A DNA stretch of 64,000 nt. Origin: Candidatus Zixiibacteriota bacterium. GTDB lineage: Bacteria > Zixibacteria > MSB-5A5 > GN15 > FEB-12. Under the pieces are notes generated by a model. The model ran no database searches, was not told the DNA's origin, and was given only the letters and a program-made list of their open reading frames with translations. Both the position numbers and the translations under genes were made by a program. Where the stretch lies: NCBI GenBank assembly GCA_028289585.1, contig JANQPI010000029.1:12169-76168 (forward strand), written 5' to 3'. Below, in pieces: positions 56,417 through 64,000 of this stretch (its first letter is position 1; every line of letters starts with the position of its first letter).

Positions 56417-57376
56417 ATGTCCGTTCTTGCGGTAGCTCAACAGAAAGAGGGAGCCCTAGCCGGTGTCTCCTTTGAAGCGATTTCTGCGGCCCAACGCGCC
56501 GGCGACGACCTTCATACGCTGGTTCTGGCCGCCGACGCCACGTCGATGGCAGATCAGCTCGCGGCTCGGGGTGGGGGGGCTGTGCACGCCGTTTCACATC
56601 CGAATCTTGGGGCATTTCATGACGAGGTGGCCGCTCGTGCCGTTGTCAATGTCGTTCAGGAACTCAAGCCGACCGTCGTTATTGGCGCGGCCACGTTCTA
56701 TGGCAAGGCACTGTTCAGTCGCGTTGCAGCGCTTCTCGACGCGCCAATGATCTCTGAGGTCACCGGAATCTCTCGCGACGGTAGCACGGTCACGTTTACA
56801 CGCCCCACGCACGGCGGTAAGGTTGTCGCCGAGGTTGTGGGACGGGCCGACGGTCCGGTGCTGGCAACGATTCGGCCCAAAATCTTCCCCGAGTCAAGCG
56901 AGGGAGCCGGATCCGTAACGGCGACCGATTTGCCGGCCGATCTGGCCACGCCCCGCGCCACGGTCAAAGAGGTTAAGGTGGAGGCAGGAGATATGATCAC
57001 ACTCGGCGAGGCCGATCGGATTGTCTCTGCTGGTCGTGGAATCAAGGGTCCGGAAAACGTTCCGCTCATTGAGAATCTGGCGAAGGCAGCCAAGGCAGCG
57101 TTCGGTGCTACCCGCGCCATTGTCGACGCCGGCTGGGTGCCGTATCAACACCAGGTCGGACAGACGGGTCGGACGGTCAATCCGAAACTCTACATCGCGT
57201 GCGGCGTCTCCGGTGCCATTCAGCATCTCGTTGGTATGCAGGGGTCGCAGACGATCGTTGCCATCAACAAAGATCAGGATGCTCCGATCTTCAAGGTCGC
57301 GACTTACGGGGTGGTGGCTGACCTCTTCGACATCGTCCCGGTGCTGACGACCAAACTGGAGCAGGAACTCGGTTAG
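56417..57376 (+). CDS. etfA: Electron transfer flavoprotein alpha subunit
   Basis: IVSAGRG, GATRAIVDAGW, QVGQTG, LYIACGVSGAIQH and AINKD..APIF. Confidence 0.95.
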   Translation: MSVLAVAQQKEGALAGVSFEAISAAQRAGDDLHTLVLAADATSMADQLAARGGGAVHAVSHPNLGAFHDEVAARAVVNVVQELKPTVVIGAATFYGKALFSRVAALLDAPMISEVTGISRDGSTVTFTRPTHGGKVVAEVVGRADGPVLATIRPKIFPESSEGAGSVTATDLPADLATPRATVKEVKVEAGDMITLGEADRIVSAGRGIKGPENVPLIENLAKAAKAAFGATRAIVDAGWVPYQHQVGQTGRTVNPKLYIACGVSGAIQHLVGMQGSQTIVAINKDQDAPIFKVATYGVVADLFDIVPVLTTKLEQELG

Positions 57377-57402
57377 CGAGCGGGGCAGTATCAGATTTAT
57401 CA

Positions 57403-57430
57403 AAAGCGGCCGGAGTAATCCGGCCGCTTT
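57403..57430. terminator. Bidirectional intrinsic terminator between convergent etfA and the cytochrome gene
   Basis: AAAGCGGCCGGA-GTAA-TCCGGCCGCTTT, a 12-bp stem with A and T ends. Confidence 0.82.
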
Positions 57431-57453
57431 GCTGTTACGAATGGTACTGCTTG

Positions 57454-59382
57454 CTATCGATCCTGATCGTTGGCGGTCGTTCCGAAGACACGCTCCCAGA
57501 GCGATGCTTTCGCGGGCGATCCGCCCGGTAGCGTCACGACGATCGTGTCCGATGCCTGGGTTGAGCCGCAGCCGGAACTCGCCGTAAGCGTAATCACGTA
57601 GGTACCCGGAATGGCGTAGGTGTAGGTGCCGTTCCTCAGTGAGGATGTATCGTCGGTTGTCGAGGGATCGCCAAAGTCCCAAAGGAAATCAATCGCTGCG
57701 CCGCTTGTCAGATTCGGTGTGTTGTTGGACGTTGTGACCGTCTGCGGTGCTGGACCAACGGTATCAATCAGGTCGACAAAGCTTGCTTGCGGGATTTCAT
57801 CGATTACTTGCAGAACGTCGGTGCGCGTGAGTGAATCCGTGCCACAGTCTCCCGTGGTAATGAGCGTGATGCTATAAGTCCCGGTGTCGTTAAACGTCAA
57901 CGACGGATTCTGAGCCGTTGAGAAGATGAGCGTGTCATCAAGACGCCATGTCCAGCTGACGATGTTCGGTCCGCTCGTTACGTCGGTGAAGTTCACGGAT
58001 GCACCCGTACAAATGACCGCATCACTCGCAATGAATCCGGGCGCGGTCGCTTCGGCGCGCACGTAGTTGAACTTACGCTCGATATCAACTCCACCCGGGC
58101 TGAAGATGGTCAACTGGACGGTATAGACTCCGGCCGTATCGTAAGTATAGGTTGGGTTCAGCTCGGTCGATTCGGCGTTCGCTTCACCAAACTGCCAGCG
58201 TACAGAATCGATCGCTCCCGTTGACTGGTTGGTGAACGTTACCGTTGCCCCCGCGCAAATCAGGGTGACGTCGGCCATAAACTCGGCGAACGGCAAGGAA
58301 TCAAACTGAGCCACCGATTCCTGGAGCAGCGCCCGGGCGTAGTCGGTGTTGTGAATGCCGCGCGAGTTATCGAAGCGGTAGAGTAGATAGTTGTGCAGCA
58401 TCTGGGCCGCTCCGCGGGAAAGAACCTCGCCGACGCGAATTGTCCGACCGGACGTATCAGCAGGGTCGAGAGCGCCAAGTTGTACCAGCAACGTCTCAAG
58501 CGAATCGGCGAGTTGGTCGAGCGTGTCGGATACGGGCAGATTGACCCAATCGGTGATCGGCGCCGAAGCATGGCAGCCGGCTTCATTGCAGGTCGTTACC
58601 AGTTGACCGTCGGTCTCATTCTGAAGCCGGAAGGTATGCTCGCCGAGTCGATAGCCGATCCCCTGTCCGCCGTTCGCGCCGAAGTGACAACTGTTACAGC
58701 CGTCCCGGTTCACCGCCGCCTGGTGGGTTGGGATGATCTGAGATGTGCCAAAACGGTAGCCGCCCACCCCGAGAACCATCTGAGCCTGGGGAGCAAAGTG
58801 GGGTCCCCATAATGCTTCGAGGGAGTCGGTTGGTTCGAAGAAGACGGGGACTTCAACCGCCTGATGACACTGAGCACACTGATTCGATGTTCCCTGGGCG
58901 TAGATTGCCATCTGACCGCCGGTGTCAGCGATCATCACGGTATCTCCTCCTCGCAGAGAATCAAGTCGCCAACTCCCGAACTGCCCCGAATGAACCACAT
59001 GGCAGGTGTAGCAGTTGATTACCGACGGTCGCTCCTGAAGGGCCGGCGTTCCGGTCTCGATGAACGCGACGTAACCATTTCCTGAGTGACACCGTGCACA
59101 TTCGGTTTGGGCAGTGTTAAACGTCTCGCCATTGATGGTGACCGTTGCTTCCAGCGTTGTGGTGTTCGCGTGTGCTGAATTCTCCCATTGGCCACGGGGG
59201 ACAATGATGTTGGCATCATTATTGTCAGTATGACAAACGACACACTCCTGCCCGAGAGTCGAATCGAAGAGTGTGATCTCATTGACCTCAGTAATCAGCT
59301 CGTCGCAGCCGGGGACGGTAAGCATCAGCGGGGCGATGAGAAGAATGAGGAGCAGGGCAGCGGGGAAGTGGTGACGGCGCAC
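57454..59382 (-). CDS. Multiheme c-type cytochrome lipoprotein with three C-terminal PKD domains
   Basis: Lipobox VPG-C. Heme motifs CVVCH, CARCH, CYTCH, CAQCH, CNSCH plus CNEAGCH (CX4CH). Three PKD repeats (F.N.ST...W.FG...NP...Y...G.Y.V.L). Confidence 0.88.
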   Translation of the reverse strand: MRRHHFPAALLLILLIAPLMLTVPGCDELITEVNEITLFDSTLGQECVVCHTDNNDANIIVPRGQWENSAHANTTTLEATVTINGETFNTAQTECARCHSGNGYVAFIETGTPALQERPSVINCYTCHVVHSGQFGSWRLDSLRGGDTVMIADTGGQMAIYAQGTSNQCAQCHQAVEVPVFFEPTDSLEALWGPHFAPQAQMVLGVGGYRFGTSQIIPTHQAAVNRDGCNSCHFGANGGQGIGYRLGEHTFRLQNETDGQLVTTCNEAGCHASAPITDWVNLPVSDTLDQLADSLETLLVQLGALDPADTSGRTIRVGEVLSRGAAQMLHNYLLYRFDNSRGIHNTDYARALLQESVAQFDSLPFAEFMADVTLICAGATVTFTNQSTGAIDSVRWQFGEANAESTELNPTYTYDTAGVYTVQLTIFSPGGVDIERKFNYVRAEATAPGFIASDAVICTGASVNFTDVTSGPNIVSWTWRLDDTLIFSTAQNPSLTFNDTGTYSITLITTGDCGTDSLTRTDVLQVIDEIPQASFVDLIDTVGPAPQTVTTSNNTPNLTSGAAIDFLWDFGDPSTTDDTSSLRNGTYTYAIPGTYVITLTASSGCGSTQASDTIVVTLPGGSPAKASLWERVFGTTANDQDR

Positions 59383-59637
59383 GGGGAAGGCCCTCCTGGG
59401 CTGAGGGGTTGCAGGTCAAAATTATGATCGGCCAGAGGACAAGTCAACGCCGGAGATAATCGGCCGGTCGAGCTCGGGAATTGAACCTTGCCGCTCTGGC
59501 GGGTCGCATGTACTTTTCGACCGATATCGGCGGATGCTTGTATACTCTTATATACAAATACAACCGCCAGCCAACTCGTCTGATAGAACTCAACCCTGTG
59601 AGGATGTCCTCTGAAGGCAGCCCGGATTCTTCAGCGC

Positions 59638-62259
59638 ATGGTGGGGCTTGCTCTCCTGCTCGGTTCCGCCTCCGTTTCGTATTCCCAAACACCCGACTTG
59701 TACCGACTTGAGGCGTCAGCAGTGGCGGCCGATTCGGCGCGTCCGGGGCTCTTTGCCAATACCGCTATCGACATTGTCAGCCACGCCAGCGCTATCTGGT
59801 TGGCGACTGGTAAGGGAATCCAGGTTTCACGGGATGGCGGTGCAACCTGGGCGATCTATGATAACAGCAATGGACTGGTAGCGTCGTCGGTCTCAGCCCT
59901 GGCATCGATCGACGGCCGTCTTTGGACCGGCTTGACGCGAACCCAGGTCGTCGACGGTCGGCTCTTTCCGTTCTCCGAGGGGGTCTCGTTTACCGACGAC
60001 GAGATGACCTGGACGCAGATCGATTTCTCCGATGCAGACCAGGACATTCCCTTCGTCATCGGAGTCAATCGAACAGTCTTTGACGTTACCGGTGTGAATG
60101 ACATCCTTGGCAGCGATTGGGTCTTCTTCGCCTCGTTTGCCGGTGGGCTTCTTGCGTCTCAGGACGGTGGCGTGAACTGGCGACGTATCTACGCGTCGTC
60201 GTCTGACTCCGTTCAGTTCAATGCTGGCGGGCCGCCGTCGCTACGAAATCGACTCTTCTCCGCAGTCGTTGATACCTCTCACGGCGATTCGTTGTTTCTG
60301 TGGACCGGTACGGCTGCCGGTGTCTTTCAGTTCGTCTACGCTCCGCCCCGAGATAAACTCTTCCAGAGTCGTTTTGCCGCTTTTGCTGCGACCGATAGTG
60401 GTGTTGTCATCGGTGGGGATGCTGGCGTGTCGCGTGGGGCATTGACGGGATTGCCGTTTGATACGCGATTTGCCACTGACCCTCTCACGGGCGGGAGTGA
60501 TGGCCTTCGTGACGGTTCGGTGAGTTCGCTCTTTGCGATCGACGATGTTGTTCTTGTTGGTTCGGTCGACGGTACGGGGGCGAGTCTGGGCTTGAGTCGT
60601 TCCGTTAACTCAGGCGATGTGTACGGACCGATCTCGAATGTGGATTTCGAAGGTGCTGGCCGAGCTGTAAACGATATGGAGTGGTTTCAGGACCGGCTCT
60701 ACCTCGCTGCGAGTGAGTCCGGCCTGCAGGTTTCTAGTGATACGGGGCAGACGTTCACCCGCATCCTCGTTGACTCCGTAACTCCGAGTCTTCCGTGGAA
60801 CAACATTTACGGTCTCACCAGTCTTGGTGATACGCTTTGGCTCGGTACTGATTCGGGCGTGGTGACCCTCTATCTGAGTCCTGCGGGAGCGATCGACTCA
60901 ACCGTCCGGGCACCGTTTCTCGAAACCGACACGTCGTCCCAGCGAGTTATCGATTTGGCCGCTCACGAGTACATTGTGGGTGTCATTCCTCCACCTGACA
61001 CGTTGACGCCCCCCGACACCGTTCGCAATGAGGCAGTCTGGGCGGTAACAGTCCCGACCTCAGTTATCGGGCTGCCGTCGCTTCAGGTTTCACTTGATGG
61101 TGGCCGGACGTGGGAGGTGCGTACCGTTCCGGAGCCGCGCTCACTCGTCGCCGTCAACGATTCCCTCTATGTGGGCACTGTAACTGGTGTCCGCAAGGTC
61201 GTCGATCCGGAAGAGGATGAGAACCGGGTCGTCGACGTTGTCGATCTGAACGACGCGTCGTTGTCCCTGAATGCTGATACCGTTGAAGCGTTACTTTTTA
61301 TCCCCGGCTCGAACCTGATATGGGCGACCGCGGCCGGGAAGCTGGCAGTAACGACACCGACGGACGTTGAATGGCAAATTTACACCGCTAACTTCGATTC
61401 GCTTCGCGCTGATCGGATCTCGAACTTTAACACGATCAACACGGTCTTTGGACTCCCAGGCGATTTCGTTCCGGCGCTCGATATCCATTATCGTTCGTCC
61501 GGAGGACCGGCCGACATCTGGGTTTCGGGACGGCCTGTTGATATTGGCGGTAACGGCGTCGCCCGCGGGACCTGGGATGACGGCGGACCGTTTCCTCAAT
61601 GGAACGTCGTCTATGATCAGAATTTCATGTGGAATGCCGGAACGCTCGACGATTCCACTCATCTTCTGGCGACAGACGATGGCCTTCTGCTGGGCTTCGA
61701 TACGTTGGTCTTCTTCACTGACACCGCTGGTACCGACTCGGTACGCCTGGTGAACTGGGATACCGTTCCCTTTGAGGCTGCTAATGGCGACCTGCTGGTC
61801 GACCCTGGGACGTCGGTCTTCGCGGTGGAAGCGATCGATACGTCGGTCTGGGTTGGAACGTCGGATGGTACCATTCAGATCAGTCGCGCCACCATCGCCG
61901 ATATGCGACCCGTCCAGCGGCTGGTTGGTGTGGTCGATTCCACAACACCTGACGACGAGGTCTATGCGTTTCCTGTCCCGTTTTCGCCAAGCAGCGGTCA
62001 GACTGTCGACTTCCGTTTCGTGGTTGATGACGATGGTCCGGTGACGATTGAGATCTACGATTTCGCGATGAATCTCGTTGCGCGACCGATCGACAACGTC
62101 TTCTACGCCGCCGGCATCTATCCGAGCGGCTCGGTGCCAGGTCGCACCTGGGATGGGCGAAATGGCAAGGGAGAGTTGGTGGCGGTTGGCGTCTATTATT
62201 TCAAGGTCGAACAAAGCAATGGTGAGATTCGATGGGGCAAACTGGCGGTGCTGCCATGA
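59638..62259 (+). CDS. Secreted beta-propeller (BNR/Asp-box) protein with T9SS/FlgD-Ig C-terminal domain
   Basis: Signal-like N-terminus, Asp-boxes (SRDGGATW, SQDGGVNW, SSDTGQTF, SLDGGRTW) and CTD YAFPVPFSP...WDGRN..G.LVAVGVYYF. Confidence 0.82.
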   Translation: MVGLALLLGSASVSYSQTPDLYRLEASAVAADSARPGLFANTAIDIVSHASAIWLATGKGIQVSRDGGATWAIYDNSNGLVASSVSALASIDGRLWTGLTRTQVVDGRLFPFSEGVSFTDDEMTWTQIDFSDADQDIPFVIGVNRTVFDVTGVNDILGSDWVFFASFAGGLLASQDGGVNWRRIYASSSDSVQFNAGGPPSLRNRLFSAVVDTSHGDSLFLWTGTAAGVFQFVYAPPRDKLFQSRFAAFAATDSGVVIGGDAGVSRGALTGLPFDTRFATDPLTGGSDGLRDGSVSSLFAIDDVVLVGSVDGTGASLGLSRSVNSGDVYGPISNVDFEGAGRAVNDMEWFQDRLYLAASESGLQVSSDTGQTFTRILVDSVTPSLPWNNIYGLTSLGDTLWLGTDSGVVTLYLSPAGAIDSTVRAPFLETDTSSQRVIDLAAHEYIVGVIPPPDTLTPPDTVRNEAVWAVTVPTSVIGLPSLQVSLDGGRTWEVRTVPEPRSLVAVNDSLYVGTVTGVRKVVDPEEDENRVVDVVDLNDASLSLNADTVEALLFIPGSNLIWATAAGKLAVTTPTDVEWQIYTANFDSLRADRISNFNTINTVFGLPGDFVPALDIHYRSSGGPADIWVSGRPVDIGGNGVARGTWDDGGPFPQWNVVYDQNFMWNAGTLDDSTHLLATDDGLLLGFDTLVFFTDTAGTDSVRLVNWDTVPFEAANGDLLVDPGTSVFAVEAIDTSVWVGTSDGTIQISRATIADMRPVQRLVGVVDSTTPDDEVYAFPVPFSPSSGQTVDFRFVVDDDGPVTIEIYDFAMNLVARPIDNVFYAAGIYPSGSVPGRTWDGRNGKGELVAVGVYYFKVEQSNGEIRWGKLAVLP

Positions 62260-63251
62260 TTACAAGTTTGGCTAAACGATGTCTGGCAACGGCCGCTTTG
62301 CTCGCCGTTGGGTTCGGTGGCAGCTATGCTCAGGATGGCGATGCTGGTTACGCTGGATCGTGGTTGCAGGTCGATATCGGTGCCCGACCCACCGCGCTGG
62401 GTGGAGCGTACCGGGCTGTCTCGGACGATGGTATTGGAGGGTTGTTCAATCCGGCCGGGCTGACAACTATTCCTCAGGTGACGTTCGCATCGTCGTATCG
62501 TGTTATGCAGCTCGATCGGCAGTTGCTCTTTGCATCGGTGCTGTTTCCGGCTGCCGGTGATGCCGTCATCGGCGCCCAATGGCTCTACGCTGGCTCGGGT
62601 GATGTCGAGGCTCGCGATTCCGACGGTGCGCTGCTTGGTCGTAGCATCTATCAGGCGAACAATCAGTTCTCGGTCGTTTTCGGCAAACGCTTCGAGACGT
62701 GGTTTGGGGCCGGCGTAACGATCAGTTATCTCTATTCGGTCATGCCGGAGATCAATGCCTCGTCGGTCGGCTTCGATTTCGGAGGGATGCTCTATATTGA
62801 GCAGCTGATCGATCGGGAAGTCCGTGATCGGTGGCCGGTGCGTCAGCTGCAGGTCGGTCTGGTAGTCAAGAATATCGCTAAATCGTACCGCTGGAACTCG
62901 GAAGAGTATGTTTTCCGTTATACGACGTCCGGTCTTGGACGAGAGCAGACGGACGACTTTCCGATTGAGGTCGGTCTGGGCGTGTCGGGACGTTGGCTGG
63001 ATGAGCAGCTTCTGACCACAATTGATGTTGTTCAGGATGCCGAGCTTGACCCGCGACTTCATGCCGGGGCTGAGTACGCCCTCACGCCGGAGGTTTTTCT
63101 CCGGGGTGGTTTCGCCAATGGTCGACTGACGGCGGGAACCGGGTTCATCTTTCGCCTGGGGGGCCGATTGGTAGCCTTAGACTATGCGTTTTCGACTGAT
63201 CGGGCCGATGAGGGTTCGGAGCATATCTTTTCGTTCGACTTTCTGTTGTAG
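62256..63251 (+). CDS. PorV/PorQ family outer-membrane protein
   Basis: ATG overlaps the upstream stop (ATGA). GYAGSWLQVDIGARPTALGGA, FNPAGL and C-terminal HIFSFDFLL. Confidence 0.85.
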   Translation: MITSLAKRCLATAALLAVGFGGSYAQDGDAGYAGSWLQVDIGARPTALGGAYRAVSDDGIGGLFNPAGLTTIPQVTFASSYRVMQLDRQLLFASVLFPAAGDAVIGAQWLYAGSGDVEARDSDGALLGRSIYQANNQFSVVFGKRFETWFGAGVTISYLYSVMPEINASSVGFDFGGMLYIEQLIDREVRDRWPVRQLQVGLVVKNIAKSYRWNSEEYVFRYTTSGLGREQTDDFPIEVGLGVSGRWLDEQLLTTIDVVQDAELDPRLHAGAEYALTPEVFLRGGFANGRLTAGTGFIFRLGGRLVALDYAFSTDRADEGSEHIFSFDFLL

Positions 63252-63269
63252 GACGGGTAGAAACGGATA

Positions 63270-64000
63270 ATGCGCACTCTAGCACTCGCCATCGTTTTCA
63301 CGAGTTCCCTGGTCGCTCAGGCTGCGGCCCAGGATGGTCTCGCGCTGATGCGAGTTGAAGCCGGAGCACGGCCGGCTGGCATGGCTGGGACGTTTACGGC
63401 GGTTAATGGCGACCCTATTGCGGCGCTCTACAATCCCGCCGGCTTAAGTGGACTGAAGCAGGTTGCCTTCAGTGCCGCCTACCACTCCTACTGGGAGAAT
63501 ATATCGATCGGCTCCGCGGTCGTTGGCGGTCAGATTCGAGACAATTGGTATCTGGGTGGGTCGATTCGCTACGCATCGGTGGGCGATATCGAACAGCGGT
63601 CAATCGCCTCGATTCTTCCGGAAGCGACGTTCTCAGCATATGATTTCGGTGGCAAAGCGGTACTGGCTCACCAGGCAACCGAGCGGTTGGTGGTTGGCGT
63701 CGCCGCCGGCTGGTTCATCGAAAAGATCTCGACGTACCGGGGGACGGCGTTCAATGCTGATCTCGGAGCTCATTATCTCGTTACGAACGACCTGACCGCC
63801 GGCGTTTCTGTACTCAACCTCGGCTCTGACTTCAATCTGAGCGATGGCCCGGGGGATACGTCACGAACAATCAGTCTGCCGACTACCTATCGCGCCGGTG
63901 TTAGCTACGTATGGAACGAACGGTATCGTGGTGCCGCTGATGTTGTTTATCTCGACGATGAGGCGTACGGGCACTTGGGAGCCGAGGCGATCGTACATCG
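63270..64000 (+). CDS. PorV/PorQ family outer-membrane protein, 3'-truncated by the window edge
   Basis: Own translation from ATG 63270: MRTLALAIVFTSSLVAQAAAQDGLALMRVEAGARPAGMAG...ALYNPAGL. The frame stays open to the window end. Confidence 0.85.
   Translation, partial: MRTLALAIVFTSSLVAQAAAQDGLALMRVEAGARPAGMAGTFTAVNGDPIAALYNPAGLSGLKQVAFSAAYHSYWENISIGSAVVGGQIRDNWYLGGSIRYASVGDIEQRSIASILPEATFSAYDFGGKAVLAHQATERLVVGVAAGWFIEKISTYRGTAFNADLGAHYLVTNDLTAGVSVLNLGSDFNLSDGPGDTSRTISLPTTYRAGVSYVWNERYRGAADVVYLDDEAYGHLGAEAIVH

Overview
High-GC bacterial chromosome segment, most likely from an FCB-superphylum lineage such as candidate Zixibacteria. This is inferred from PorV-family genes, T9SS-type FlgD-Ig C-terminal domains and a TonB-dependent receptor. 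Most of the window is housekeeping: uvrC, xseAB-ispA-dxs-nadK, aspS-phoH-7TM/HD-ybeY-corC, fur-feoAB, truA, fsa, purB, psd-pssA, purSQ, tatA, etfA. Three accessory stories stand out. (1) A ~3.9 kb insert between uvrC and xseA carries two paralogous beta-barrel genes, each preceded by the same 56-bp palindromic element, plus an AT-richer retron with a type VI-like layout (ncRNA, small protein, XRE-HTH, RT). The RT stop codon lies 1 nt before xseA, and Exo VII is a known msDNA-maturation factor. (2) A small secreted pre-peptide gene (mature N-terminus possibly EHPWD) lies directly upstream of a cytoplasmic TPR-GAF-sigma54 activator. About 10 kb downstream, a secreted S8 protease gene has a complete sigma54 promoter (two TGCA-N6-TGCA sites, an IHF-like site and GGCAC-N5-TTGC) and is followed by an M6/InhA protease gene. 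Together these suggest an RRNPP-like peptide signalling system acting through sigma54 in a diderm organism (inference). (3) A secretion/surface module set: a TonB-dependent receptor with seven DxNGNGxYD-type loops plus PorV and a lipoprotein, two further PorV paralogs, a PKD-stalked multiheme cytochrome lipoprotein and a GT-C glycosyltransferase. The exported proteins are enriched in D-S/T-hydrophobic sequons. No rRNA, tRNA, CRISPR array or transposase was recognised. All assignments come from motif reading by eye; no database searches or folding programs were run.
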